Part shown: positions 1 to 13,832 of the stretch, in pieces
How the letters are laid out: the number at the start of each line of letters is the position of its first letter
How positions within the stretch are numbered: position 1 is the first letter of the stretch
From: Octopus sinensis
Lineage: Eukaryota
DNA: 64,000 nt
NCBI RefSeq assembly: GCF_006345805.1
Contig: NC_042997.1
Span: forward strand, 29,698,001-29,762,000
Reading direction: 5' to 3'
Position numbers and translations under genes: made by a program
The notes under the pieces: model-generated
Databases searched by the model: none
What the model was told of the DNA's origin: nothing
The model's input: only the letters and a program-made list of their open reading frames with translations

Positions 1-1770
1 TAACCAAAACTCAGTTATAAATTCATTTGCGATCATTACCCATGTCTTGAAACTTTTAATAGAAATCTGTTTCATAATTTCGTCATGTTATTTTAATCGA
101 AACCGCAACACATGGTCCTTATTTCAGCAAAATCATCTGGAAAAATATTCATAAACCTAGCCCCTGGTTGCTGAAGTATTAATCAACTTCGTGAATGAAT
201 TATGTACTTTGTTTTTTTTTTATATAGAGAGTGCAATATCCTGTTTAAAATTATACTTTATATATTCTTAATGTTTTTTCAGTTCGTACATAGCAATCTA
301 ACATAATAGACGCGAGAAAAGAGTGCTTGTCACTTTGCTTTTTCCTTTAAATTATACGAGACATTAAAGTAAGCATCTTCTAATTCAATATATTTTGCTT
401 GTATATGTATGTAACCATCTACAATTCCTGTTGCAATAATTGATAAAACAATGTATACACGTACACTCTAATGTATATTGGTCTTCTGAAAATTATTCAG
501 CTTGCCTTGTTTTACTTGTAAAATAATCTAATATATCGGTACTGATTTTGTGCGACATGTCAACTTGCTTTGTCATATTCCCACTTTTTTAGCTACCTTT
601 GTGAGAATTTGTGCCATTATTTATTTTTCATATATATTAATAGCTCTAGATGAGAAAGGGAAAGTTTTTCACCCTTAAATCACATATATTCGAGGATAAA
701 TTTTTTATTTCTATTTTTACGCTAACAACTTACTTTCTACATGAAGTTTTTGCTAAGTGATTGACGCAAGTTTAGTTGGAAACTTACTAAATGATTTGAA
801 AGGATTCAACTGAAAAGGTACACCAAAGTAATTCTTAAAAGAATTTTATTGATTGTCACTGGAAGTGCTTCGCGTGCAAAAAGGTTTTGGATAAACTGTA
901 ATCTTCGGTGATTTGACTAAAATTAAACCTACAATTAAAAATAGAAATCTTTGAACTTATATAAAACAAACATATTTAGTTAATTTTAGACGTATCCTAA
1001 ACTAAAGTGCATTATAAGTACATTTCTGTTTGTATTTGTTGGTGCTGTCAAAAAATTATTCTTAGCTAAAGATTTATGCTTATAAGTATATAACTATTCC
1101 CACGACAAAACACAAATGCACACACACATATATATATATATATACATCTATATTTATGTATAAATACTGACGTACACATATATACAAACACACACAGATT
1201 CATACACATATGCATATGTGCACAGATATATAGACAGAGAGAGAAAGAGAGAGAGTCACACACGCTTGTGTGGATACACACACGCAAAAACACACATATA
1301 TATGCATATGTGTTACTGTCTTTATGCATGCAAATTCTACTTCAATTATTTGTGTTTACATATATAATCGTTGAAAATAACAATGCATTTTAATTTGTTT
1401 AGTTATAAAGAATGTTGCTGTAGTTTGTTATGAAGTTTCCTTCATACCTCAGAATTCCTGTAGCAATGAAGACTGATTAACCATCAACAGTTTGGGTGCG
1501 AGAAGGGAATATCTAAATTTCATCATATATGTTTCCATAGAGTACAGAGTATCAACAACGGGTGCAGTTCATAAACTCGTATACTGTAGTTCAACAGAAC
1601 TGTGGTTTGGTTTAAATACATGTGTGCATGTTTTTGGGATACAAAAGATTCCTGCCTCTACGCAGCTGAAATTAAGCCTCACCTCAATCAACCTGAAATG
1701 CTTCAAAATGTGTTTCATATCGTTAAGGAGAGGTTTTGAAGTATGCTCACACTCGCATATGCATACATAG

Positions 1771-1772
<2 letters not shown>

Positions 1773-1821
<49 letters not shown>

Positions 1822-1954
1822 ATATATATTATATATATATATATATGAAAATAGTAATGCAATACGAGAGCACTGCTTGCCAGTAAAGGATAGCCCGTGA
1901 GGGTAAAATTATATTTTCCAGTAAATATCGGTGCTTCGTTGTACCATTTATTTA

Positions 1955-2007
<53 letters not shown>

Positions 2008-2130
2008 GTGTGTATATGCATATAAATATATATATACGTATATATATATATTATATATATATATATATAATATATATATATATATAGTAGTAGTAGTATA
2101 GTAGTAGTAGTAGTAGGAGTAGTAGTAGTA
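1773..2130. repeat. (TA)n and (TAG)n microsatellites
   Basis: Directly visible. Confidence 0.95.
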
Positions 2131-3362
2131 ACAGAAAAGAGGAATTTCGATTATCCGCACGTGGTGAGTTGTAATGTATATGAGAAATTAAAAAAGGAAA
2201 ATACGCACACTTACATAGTTTTAATATAATTTTTGATATATCGACCAGTTTCGTTATCGTTATTCATATGTTTTACTTATTTGAATATGGTTTTTCTTAA
2301 GAAGAAATTTTGTCCCTGTTGTGTGTGATGAAATTCACCACTGAATGTCTTCACAAGTAGATAAATAAAGGGAGGTAATTGGTTATCGTTATTATTGTTA
2401 TTATTGTCGGCAAGGGAAATAACTGTTCAGCTTTCGATAATGGGAGGGGATATATATGTGTACAGACAAAGACAAGTTTCGAAAACCTTGTTTAGTGAGG
2501 GGATTTATGTACAGTGATGTAATCATGAATCGAAATATGTAAAAGGATAAAAGTTGGTTATGCGTGCATATTAAGACGTATTCTGTATATTTCAATGAAA
2601 AAATGTGTCTTTATTTAAACGTTCTAGTGGAGAGATTGTGTCTTTGCACTGGTAGAAGTGGAAGACTGTGAAATTTTGTTTGATGTTATCAGCACATTTT
2701 TCTATATGTTCAGTAAGAGGAATTTGCCTGTATGGCGGGAATCGGATTTGCTCTTTATGTGGAGAGGTTCTCTTTCTCAAAGTTATACTCGTTTGTCCAA
2801 TATAGTTGTATCAGCAACTCGAGCAATTTATTACATAAATTAGATTCTCAGAGGCAAAGTGAAACTACTTTTTGAAAAAGGAATCCGAGCCTTCAAGCAG
2901 GTTGGGGCAGGTTCCACAGTTTGGGCGTCCACATTTTTCAACCGTTGGTTTCGTGGTTGTTTTGTAAAGCTTCGCATTTGTTATTAGTCTCTTTAGCGAT
3001 TTGTCTTGTTTTTTGCATTTGATGAGTGTGTGTGATTTCAGGATGTCGTTCATTTTTGGATCTCTAGTTAGTAAAGGAAGAGTTTGCACAATACTGTTGA
3101 ATGCCTCACTGTTTCTGGGGTCGTGTGTTGATATAAATAGTACTGCTTTGAGTTGAGGTGTGGTGTTATGTTTTGTTGTTCTTAGTATTTTTGTGTCTAA
3201 TTGTTTGGCACGCTTAATTCCCTCGTCGATAAGTGAGGGTGGATATTGTCTTTCAATAAGCGTTGTTTTGAGGTCTTGAAGACGAAGGTCCCGAGTTGCT
3301 CTATCAGACATTATTTGTCCTTTTTGCTAAATTGAAAGGGATGTTTATTTTGATGTGTTTTT

Positions 3363-3365
<3 letters not shown>
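2127..3365 (-). mobile_element. Penelope-like element (PLE) 3' fragment: RT C-terminal region, GIY-YIG endonuclease and 3' repeat; decayed
   Basis: ORFs 2865-3311 (ERQYPPSLIDEGIKRA...KCGRPNCGTCP) and 2592-2780 (HKEQIRFP...HIEKC...FHFYQC), with ENLIYV/YIGQT between them. Flanked by (TA)n. Confidence 0.85.
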
Positions 3366-3417
<52 letters not shown>

Positions 3418-3538
3418 TATATATAAAGAAAATACACATCAAAATAAACATCCCTTTGAATTTAGCAAAAAGGATTTGCATAAATAGTGTCTGATAGAAC
3501 AACTATATATATATATATAATAGATCTCTGTACTAGGA

Positions 3539-3927
3539 ATAAACAAGAGCTGCTCGACAATGCGAAGTATGTTTGCCACTTAAATGTGGCTAACCACTAA
3601 GGGTAGATGCTACTGTATCTTGTAGCCCCAAGAGAACATCTTCTCCAGCTGGCTATTGACACACTTTCTGTACCCTCTCAGTATTTGCAAAGGGAAGCCA
3701 TCCTCCCTATCATCGACCTGACATGCTACGCACGGACCCGAGTTTCTGGGTATTTACCCGTCGTCAGCACACGACAATCACCGGTTTTCGATGCGAAGGG
3801 GTCCCAATTCAAACACATATATCCTTTTTCCAGTGACGAAAAATCACTGATCTCGAAAAAGTGCAAACAAGCAATAGTAAATCTATGAACGAGGTATAAA
3901 CAGTAGCTGCACGACAATGTGAAGTAT
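3539..3927. repeat. ~357-bp unit bounded by a 32-bp imperfect direct repeat, with a decayed hammerhead-like core
   Basis: ataaacaagagctgctcgacaatgcgaagtat (3539-3570) vs ataaacagtagctgcacgacaatgtgaagtat (3896-3927), 28/32 identical. GTGACGA-aaaatc-act-gatctc-GAAA at 3833-3858. Confidence 0.5.
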
Positions 3928-5279
3928 ATATAACAATACATAAGCAAAGATTGTGGTATATATTCGTTGTTTGAACTTATTATTGCCATTGAATATGATG
4001 GTCTTGGTTTGAAAATGGAATACTCAGTAATATCAGTCAACTAATGATTGGAAATAAGAGACGTTATTTTCATTTGTAGATATACTTTTATTATAATCTT
4101 GATCGTAACTGTGCTTTGCCGAACCTCTTTATGTTTTACGAGGGCTATATCGACATCAAAATTGTTAAGGACATCAAATTTGTATTTCGATAATTTAGAA
4201 AAGTCTCCTGGACAATACTTTTCAGGTTCTATTTTATTTTCAAATGAAAGGCTGTTCCCCAAATATTTTGAGTGTTATTTAGTTAAACCACAATTATATT
4301 ATTGATTTTATAGCAAAATATGTAGGTTACAGATAATTAATGTTATAGCATAATTCACGATAATTGTACTTTGATGACAAATAACTAATTCAATAGCATA
4401 ATGTGGATTTTCAATTTGTAAACTAATTAGATATTCATTGTCTCTATTTCAGAATTCAAACATCTCAATTACTAATTCTTTTTTAAATATGTGCCATTAT
4501 CTCTGAATAGCAACTATTATAATGATGTCCCATTAACAATAAAACGCATCAATTAATAACAACGTAGTGTAAAGTGATATTTCCTCACTACAAAAGAATC
4601 AAGACTGTCTCCCCTTGTCGGAAAGAAACAGAATTACTGAAGATGTTTGCCAAATAGATCTCTAAAAAACATTATAGTAATTATTCCATTAATTATGTCT
4701 TTTTATATCGCTGTACAATTCATTTTCTTGTAATGATACAAAAAAATCAGTTATTTATTTACACTAGCATTTCCTCTGCCTGAAGCAGAAATAAAGCGGA
4801 ACTCTACGCGCTCTAAAATCAGAAAAGCACCCTTCTTTAGCTGATACATTATTACAAAGAAATAAATAGAGGATCCCTGGAATATATCATTTCACTCTTA
4901 ACATAATATTGGTTTCATTTGTCACTTTTCAAATCTACTCGTTCCAGTTCTTAATAATGTAAAATAGGCTTTTTGGTACAGAGATGAAGTCTTGTTAGAC
5001 GGACTGAATCTGTCATTGGTACTCATAATACTAATCACACAGAGAGATTAAACTATGCTGATCAAGGTTGAATTTAATTCAAAACCAAAATATGACACAA
5101 AAAAGGGGAAAACAACTTATTACAAATCCAAACAGTATCTATGCTGCTAGCAGAAGTAGTCAAAACTTCCTTGAGATTTACCCTGATTAGCTGAAATATA
5201 ATATATAACTTATTTAATGCAATCCACTGACTGAAGATACATAACAGGTTGGCTGGTAGTGACTGACATGATTTAGATT

Positions 5280-5477
5280 CTTTTCTGATCCCGAAATTTT
5301 GGGGGAGGGCGGCCAATCGATTAGACCCCAGGACGCAACTGATACTTACTTTATCGACTCGAAAAGGATGAAAAGTAAAGACGAATTCGGCTGAATTGAA
5401 CTGAGAACGTACAGACAGACGAGATACCGCTGAGCATTTTGCCCGGTGTCCTAAAGAGTCTGCTAGCTCGCCGCCTT
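5280..5477 (-). mobile_element. tRNA-related SINE (aaggcggcgagctggcaga family) with 16-bp TSD
   Basis: Homologous to the copies at 49441, 53650 and 55181. TSD tgacatgatttagatt at 5264-5279 and 5478-5493. Confidence 0.88.
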
Positions 5478-8049
5478 TGACATGATTTAGATTATTACTA
5501 TGATGAAACAGATGACTTCCATTTAACCTATTTCTGTTCTATGTTCTTCCATTTCTGCTAACGTGCGAAATTTTAACAGTGTACTGTTGCTGGGTATTAA
5601 ATGTAGTACACAAAAGACAAATATCTGCATATCATAATATTAATTATCTTCTAGTACTTTTTATTATGTAATACTAAAAACAATGGACAACAAAATGTAT
5701 CTGAGAAGTAATTGGACTTAAGAAACGGGTAGGTAAAAATTGCACTATGTGACATTCAAATGGTACAATCGTCCACAGAAAACTATGTTTCATATGTTGC
5801 ATATTTCATTTCACTGCTAACATTATTTATCTCTGCAATGTATTGCAATAAAAAAATATTCGTGATACAGAAATACCTGGAACCATGCCTGTTATATGTT
5901 CTATTATTTTTCAATTTTAAAACAATACTTTATATAAAACTACATAATGTCAATCGTTTTCTAAATATTTCTATAGTGTCTTCACTTTTGCTACCAAATT
6001 AAGTAGGTTTCCTTTTAAAACTTAACATCCCAATATGAACGTTTTTAAAGCAGAACATTTGAAACATTATAACAAGAAGGAAATTATTGTAGATTCAGTA
6101 AGAATGAAAATAGATTCATCGTATATAAACTATTACACTCATAAATGAGTTTTTTTTTATATTTGTGTAGCTTTTTCATATCTGTACATCGAATGGACCA
6201 ATACGTATCTGGTTCTTGTTATTTTATCTCTTCCTTCATGAGAGGTTATATTTTCAAAATTTTGTTATATTTTCAAGATTTTTATTTCAGATTGTAAGTT
6301 GGCGTTTGACTGAATGCTGTAACGGTACTCAAAGCCAGATTCAACAAAAATAATAACAGTAGGTTGAGAAAATGATAAACTTGATTCTATAATAAAATAA
6401 AACAAACCTAATTGAACAGAAAGTAGTTTCAATTCCATTTAATAAAAAGTTAACAGTTTAATAATTTACTTTTCTAAAGATGTGCACAAAAGAAAATGTA
6501 TAAATTAGTCATACATGCACATATACACACACAAAAGTAGGCACACACACATATAAATATAATTGGTGGGACGACCATTTTCAAACAATAAATAATTTCC
6601 GCTCAAGCCACACACTACTGTATTTAAAAAAAGATCTTCAAGTTAGTGTGTGACTCAATAAAGTTTAGCTTAATCATGGATGACCAATCAGGCCCTGCTC
6701 TAGACTCAATATAAATAACAGTATAATCAAAATATTGTACAGCTTTTCGTAATATATATGGGAGGAATTATTACCTAGGCTAGACTATGCTAAATTCCTC
6801 TATTCATTTTCATTTTGATTAGTTCCCTTTTGTTTGCTATGATGTTGTCTAACTAATATCTTTATATTTAGAATAACATCTACACATTATATCAAAATTT
6901 TTATATAATGATTGGGTCCTATTCATAAAGTATATACCCATGTATTATATTGTAACATCATCACTGAATTAAATTTATATATTAACTGTCAGCTGAATTA
7001 AATTCAACCGGAACATATTTCTAAAATGATTAAAACACATAAATCAGGTGAAGTTACAAAAATAGCCCTTATCAATATTTTTATTGACAGATATTAATTC
7101 TTTTATCCATAATGAATAATTCAGTTACAGTATTGTAATGAATTTTGAGCACAAACAATGACGTAGAGCAGGGATGCAAACAGAATGCAATTAACCGCAA
7201 TCTGTTTTCACCCTATCTATTCAACGTTCAAGTTTACATTCAAACCATATAAATGTACACTTTGAATAATTTATCTCAAAATGGAATTAATGAGAAAAAT
7301 CAATATATACGCATTTAAATGCAAATATATCAACAGAATAAAATAGTTAATTATAAGACAAATAATGAACAAAGTTCGTCTTTTCACGGTTTGTTATCAA
7401 ACGGGAGAGAAAACCGTGTGTGGTTCTACTTTTTATGACACTGGAAACAAAACTTAGCTAGTGATCTGTTTGTTATTAGTATTGCTTTTGTGATAATTGT
7501 TATCATGTAACTTTTGTATTTCTGTATAATGCTATAGAAGTATATTTGTAGTTTGAGGTATTTTATATTTGAAATTTCGTGAGTAACAAGGGAATAAATA
7601 TATATATTTTGCATCAGTTATTCTCTCTTCGAAATCATTAGCGAAATCTATTGAAACGTGTGTATCTGTATCTACCCACTATCATCTTCCTACAATCGTT
7701 AACTGAGTAAAACGTATATTTTCTTTATGTACAAGAGAATGTTATCTAAAAATAATGCAGAAACGATGAAATGGGATAAAATTAATCTGCTGAGATGAAC
7801 GTGCGGAATAGAAAAAATACAATACAAAGTCAGCATATATAGAATTGGAACACAGATTGTAGGGATATAAAATAATCTTAAATTTTGACTTTACCGGTGT
7901 CCGACGTGTTCACTCTATTATACAGTCCTTACTATTTTCAAATTAGTCCTGAGGAAGATACATTGAGAATTTTAATCTCTATCCATACGATAATCAGTGA
8001 AAATAATATGAGTGCGACTCAGTTTTGCAACGTGTACTTAAATAAACAC

Positions 8050-8550
8050 TAACTTACTCTGGTGCCTCTCTTCAGTCTGAATCCATCATTCATTCATGTA
8101 TCAAAATCTTTACACCTACTGGATACTCCTGGCAATATCTAATAGCATTACATTGAATAGATGTGTAAAGAAACCCACGGGCTTTTATACACACGCGCTC
8201 TCAAGGAATAGTCTGCAAAAATAACAGGACAAAGCAAAAGATTAACTTCATGTATCATAGTGCCTTGAAACCTCTACATCGGTCAAGGTTATAACAGAGC
8301 CCGCTTGTCCGTTATCAAAAATGTTTCTAAAACTTTTCAGATTTTCCAGTCCAACATCCCTCTACAAATACGGTACTCAGAGCAATGCTTGCTGCTAACA
8401 ATGACGTCTTACACCAGCATTTCATTTATCCCCCATGTCACTCGGCACACATTCAGAAACTTTCCACCCGGAGCCCACCTCTAGATGCCTTTACATTTAG
8501 CACCAAATAAACTGAGTTGCTAAATCTAAAATGTCATCTTCTCCCAATGT
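8050..8550 (-). pseudogene. Possible highly decayed L1/Tx1-like RT fragment
   Basis: The minus-strand peptide GFRLKRGTR resembles the RT F.L.RG.RQG motif. The rest is broken by many stops. Confidence 0.25.
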
Positions 8551-11500
8551 AATAAGAAACTTCGACTAGAAGAGATTAAATTTTAACGCTATGAGATCCG
8601 ATTTAATGGGTGACACAACATTTGATGAAATGTTGGTGCAATTAAAATAATGTAGAAAATTATGAAATTCTGTGGTCCCACTGTAAGCTTCCGATCTAAT
8701 ATATGAAGGATATATATTGAGGATAGAAAGGTATGCAATATCTGATATTCAATTAAACCTACATACAAAGATTAGTTATCCTTTTTGTGAATATCAGCAT
8801 AATTTCGTGAATTAATTCTTCCTTTCTTGGAATAATCCATTCTCCTTCAAAGTTACAAATAATTTGCAGCTTTTTTTTTATATCTCGGATTTAGTGAGAA
8901 ATTTACTATCTAAATAAGTTCCTATAAACATCAATAACTAATTTATTGTGTATAGTATTCATTATCCCCTTTATTTATACATGCACACTTACACACTCGC
9001 GCATACACCTACAGATACAAGTGTAAATCCATGCCTATAAATGTATATATATATACACATAGACAAACAAAAAATGATTGATGGAGAAAGAGAGGTATCG
9101 AAGCGGATATGTACTGGTAGACATGAATATAGGGGTCGAAGAAAGAAATAGAAGGAAGGAGCAGTGCGTATATTGTTTTAAGTTATAGTAACAGCGCAAA
9201 ACGTGCGCATCATACTTGCAAATATGAAAACTATTAGTGCCAAGGGATATATACTCACTTTGGAGTATTCGGTAATAATGTATATGTGAAAAACAATTGA
9301 ACCAAAATAAGAATTCGAGAGATCTCCATTTTTGGATTGTTGAAGTGTTAGAGAAATGTGTTTTTGAATGTATTAGATATATATTCTTCTATTGTCGCAT
9401 TCGGTTGGTTTGTAGGAAGGATCTGTTTTCTTGCAAGTTACTGGATCATGGTGACTGGTAACTTCTCAGATATATGTTTAAAGTTATATGTTTAAACTCT
9501 AGTTAAATAACGCGCAAACGAACACAAGACCTCGTAGTGCACTTCTTATTCATGGAATCAGTTAGCCGGCCTTAACTGATTACATATTGTGCGGGTAATA
9601 TTTATCATAACTTCTTCAACCAAAGTGTTAGGATTTAAATTGGGTTGACAGGAACAATGAAAAAAGCCATCAGCTGCATTGTAAATATAATTAATGCCAC
9701 GCTTGTTTCAGTCTGCCGGAGAATGTTATAAAGAATTTTCCCACCTGCAGAATATTCTGCCACATTCATTTTAATTCAATATGTAGTTCATTTGCTAACT
9801 CAAATAACCGAATACACCTAGTTAAAATTGATGGATATCATGTTTAGCTTACAGTTTTTAAATATGAATATCTTCACTGTTAGCGTTCTTGAGCAATGGC
9901 GATGTGAGCGATGTAGGAAAACATAACCAGTACTGAAATTACAGAGGACCTACCTGATTAGTACGATGTCTGTGGAGACACAGTTTCTGGGATGTGAGTA
10001 GGAAAAATGAACGTTTCTGCTAAGCCTCTTTTGGAGATGACGCGATACATGCCAGCTCCGAGTAGACGAGATCACCGTAATCGTAACAACAGATATAGAC
10101 CGAAGAAAGCGTATGAGTGAGGGCTTAATATTCACATATAGAAACGACGGGATGTAATTAGTCAGAAGAGATATTTTGTTTGTTGTTCCGAGAATCAGTG
10201 TCAGTTGCTCACCAGTCTGGTACTATGTTATTATAAGTATTTTATGGCTCAAAATACAATTGGGATGCAATTTGTTCAATGTTACTTGCGAAGATTCATT
10301 GGGAGTTGGATATAGATTATCATGAGTAGCATATGTAAGACTTTACACATATATGGATATATGTCAAAATTGAATGTATCTGAATGATATATTTACTGAA
10401 TAAGTCAGTACACGGCAGAATAAAATTAGCTTTCTAATTCTGAGTAGAGCACTCCCAAGGCACATTATTCAAAGTAGCGTGATTCTGCACTATAATAATA
10501 AGTAAAATATTACTACAACTAGCACTAAAACACAGCGTTGCCGGGTCTAGTGCTAGTTTTGTACTAAATCTCTTTCTTTGCTTTCAGAAATTATGTTTGC
10601 CTTTCCAACGCATATGTTTTGTAACGCGTTTGACTGAGTCTCTGCAGATTCTCAGCCCAACCAGAGGTGCAGCTACACTGGGTAATTAATCATCGCAAAT
10701 TTGGCGGCTTTGTTGAAGATGAAGGGGAAGCATGTTAGAAAATCGATAAATACCACCATGAAAGCAAACTTTCACCAACAAAATGAAATGAATAATCAGT
10801 GCTGACAAAGTTTTCAAATTTCCTAGCGAAAATGTGACTGGAAATTAATTAGCATCTCAATTTTCACTCGTATCTCAAAACACAAAAGCATGAAGTTTCG
10901 CTTAAGAAAATCTTTGTATATTAGGTCTTTCGTACCTCAACTTAGGGCTAAAAGAAGAAGGTTGCAGTCAATTTAAATGCGGAATAGTTTTATTGAGTTT
11001 CCACTGATTAATTGGCAATTTTGGTAAATTAAGATTTCTTGCACCAAAAGGATCACCTTGATAATCCTATGCCCCTGCTGTGTAGGTAGCAAATGATTCG
11101 ATCTTAGGCTGAATGCAAACAAATAAATGTTGTTTTTAATGAAAATCCCTTGCGAGGGTGAACTTAACCATTTTTCATTTTTAATCCTACATGAATATAA
11201 CATCCTGGGCTCTCCCTGGATAACTTAAATCAACTGAAAGCATAAAAGTAAAGCTCTTCCTAAATAGATTCATTGAATAGGCTCCAACTCTTTTATGGCA
11301 TACTTAAGGAATGATAGAATATCAAGCATATTTGGTCTCTCATGAAAATTCCGCTCTCTTGTCATTCACTTGGTCTAACTCGTTGATTATTCCCTGCATT
11401 TCTCAAATTAAAAAACAGCGTGCAGGTTTGAAAGTCAAAACACATGATAACGCGTTTTCGCAAAACACAAAAATGTGCTGAGTCTTACAGACTGTTTTCA

Positions 11501-11579
11501 AACGCGAAAGTGCATTCATCTGTCAAGAGTAAAATTATCTCCGTCCAATCAAAACACTGCTGACAGTCTATTGATGTGT

Positions 11580-11849
11580 CTAGCTGTACGCACGCACCTC
11601 GTACAGATTTCTATGTTATAGCGATTTTGAATAGATATGCCCATGACTTATCCGCATAAGGGCTGGTTTATCGATTGTTTTAATGGCTTTCTGGGGTGAC
11701 TGGGGATTTGAAAAGATCTTCACGACCACCTTCAGACAGTGTTGAAAGCCCATAGAAAATGCGAGCGTTTCACGTGAAAAACTGTGGATTTGTATAAAGG
11801 ACACACAGACACACAGAAACAGACATTTTACCGTTTATAGATATAGAGA
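11580..11849 (-). mobile_element. Non-autonomous Helitron (family B)
   Basis: The minus strand starts TC(TCTATATCTATAAACGG) and ends with the hairpin CTGTACG-n9-CGTACAG followed by CTAG. The 5' end is shared with the element at 29430. Confidence 0.6.
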
Positions 11850-12879
11850 TGATAATTTATTCTTCAATATGTTTTAAGATTTTAACTGATATTTGTTTTA
11901 AATATCTTGTCTACATCAAAATTACCGTTGCTAGTAAAAAACATAGTTATAATTTTGTATATTGTATACATAATATACTGTTTTACTAATATCACAGTCA
12001 ATTTCATAATGCTCAAAAGATGTAGAAAATAAGAATACATTATGAAGACACATAGTTTGAAATAAAGCAGCCATGTTGAAAATCATATTATAAATTCAGA
12101 TATTCATCATAATTAACGTGCATAAAATATTTTAGAGTTTATCTCCAACTTTAATAAGCAGAACGTTCAGAAGAGAAGAAACCGGCAGCTAAATTATTCT
12201 GCTTTTGACTTGTTTATAATTATTAATTACTGAGGTTCAGCTGCACTGGTCTCTCGATGTCTTGTGTTTACTATAATAAATATAATTTAATTATATGAAC
12301 TTCAGAATATAAGAAATTTAAAAATAAATTAGATGATATTTTCCTCTCGAAAGAGATCACAAAGTATTCATAAATATACAAAGAATGGAAATATAATTAA
12401 AGGATGAGAAAACAAAGTAATAAATGAAAATGCGAACGTAAACAGAATGAATCAAACAAAAATTTCTTCAAAACGATATCGAAGATCTATAGAAACCAAA
12501 ATGGGCACTGTGCAACCTAATCTTTGAAATATTTTGCTTTGTCGCCTGATATAACTCGCCATTGTAATGTATATCTATTGTTCATTGTGTAGAGTAACTA
12601 GACGTGGAGACAAAGTTATGGTAGCCTTCTTATAAATATTTTGTTCTTTATACTTATTCGAAATTTAGCTCTAACTTTACAAACATAAGAAGTATTCCTA
12701 CTATATTCGTCTGTGAATATATTCAACCGAGTAGACATAAAGATCATTCTGTCTACTATAGAAACTAAAAGTTAATCGCAAGAGAAAATGTCTATAGAGA
12801 CTTCATTGCCAAAGAAAAGACCGACATATCACCATCCCTAACATTTATGAATAAACCATAGCTTTGCATCATATACATC

Positions 12880-12911
<32 letters not shown>

Positions 12912-13443
12912 TGTTATACAGACTGAATCATGTCTTAGAATGAGATAGGGGAGTGAGAGCGAAAGAAAGAAAGAGAGAGAAAGAGATAACATGAAGTACA
13001 TCCCAAACTTTGGAGATACAATAAGTAAAACTCAAGCAGTATATAGGATAATCACAGAGTGATACATTGCTGACCTGGCAGTATGGCAACATATCGGTAT
13101 ATGACTATGGGTCAAAATTTTCGAACATCAGTTTCCAGTTTTGACATCAATTGAAGTACCATTACTATAAATTAATGTATGAATGGCCGAGAATTTTTCT
13201 GAAAGCTTAATCCTCAGAGTAATCGTGAGACAGCCTGTCGTAGCAAATAGAAAGCACTCGTTGTGCTTCTTAACAGATAATAATTTCTTTTAAAATGCAA
13301 TGGTAAATAGATATATACATCATGTGCTACTTAACTAACAAAGAATGCACATGCTATCGAAACAAACTTCATAATAATGCACCTTATGAGGATTATATGT
13401 GAAAACATTCATGCATGAACTTTTAAAATCATTTTATACTAAA

Positions 13444-13832
13444 CCAGCAGTATCGCCCGGCGTTGCTCGGGTTTGTAAGGGAAATAACTATATAAGCATT
13501 TTTAGAGATGTAAAGTATAATAGCCATCTCATTATGGCTAACCACAAAGGGGGGTGTTACTGTAGCTTTTTACGTTCTGAGATTTAATAATACATTTTTA
13601 GAGAGTTCCTTCCCTTATATAATAGCAAAAAATGCATTAAAAATGGGAAAAAATGATGGTGATTTTTAAGTCGTAGACTCATCGTAGACGCGCGCTAATA
13701 CCCAGAAGGGCTCGATATGAATCACGACTATAAGATACCCGCTTTTGGTTACACTGCACCGCAAAATGTGGGAGTAGTTAGGAATCTAAATCGCAGGAGA
13801 CAGACACACAACTTCACTTTTATATATAAAGA
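13444..13832 (-). mobile_element. Non-autonomous Helitron (family A)
   Basis: 5' TC, 3' hairpin CCCGAGCAACGCCGGG then CTGG (CTRR). Near-identical ends to the copies at 19396 and 39173. Confidence 0.8.

Noticed and set aside
9950-10140. Possible host exon (moderate GC, AG|GTAGGT donor-like site on the minus strand)
   Set aside because: No recognisable protein in any frame, no convincing acceptor and no partner exons.
10560-11550. Non-repetitive, slightly GC-richer block that might be coding
   Set aside because: The frames I checked are short and no motif was recognised.
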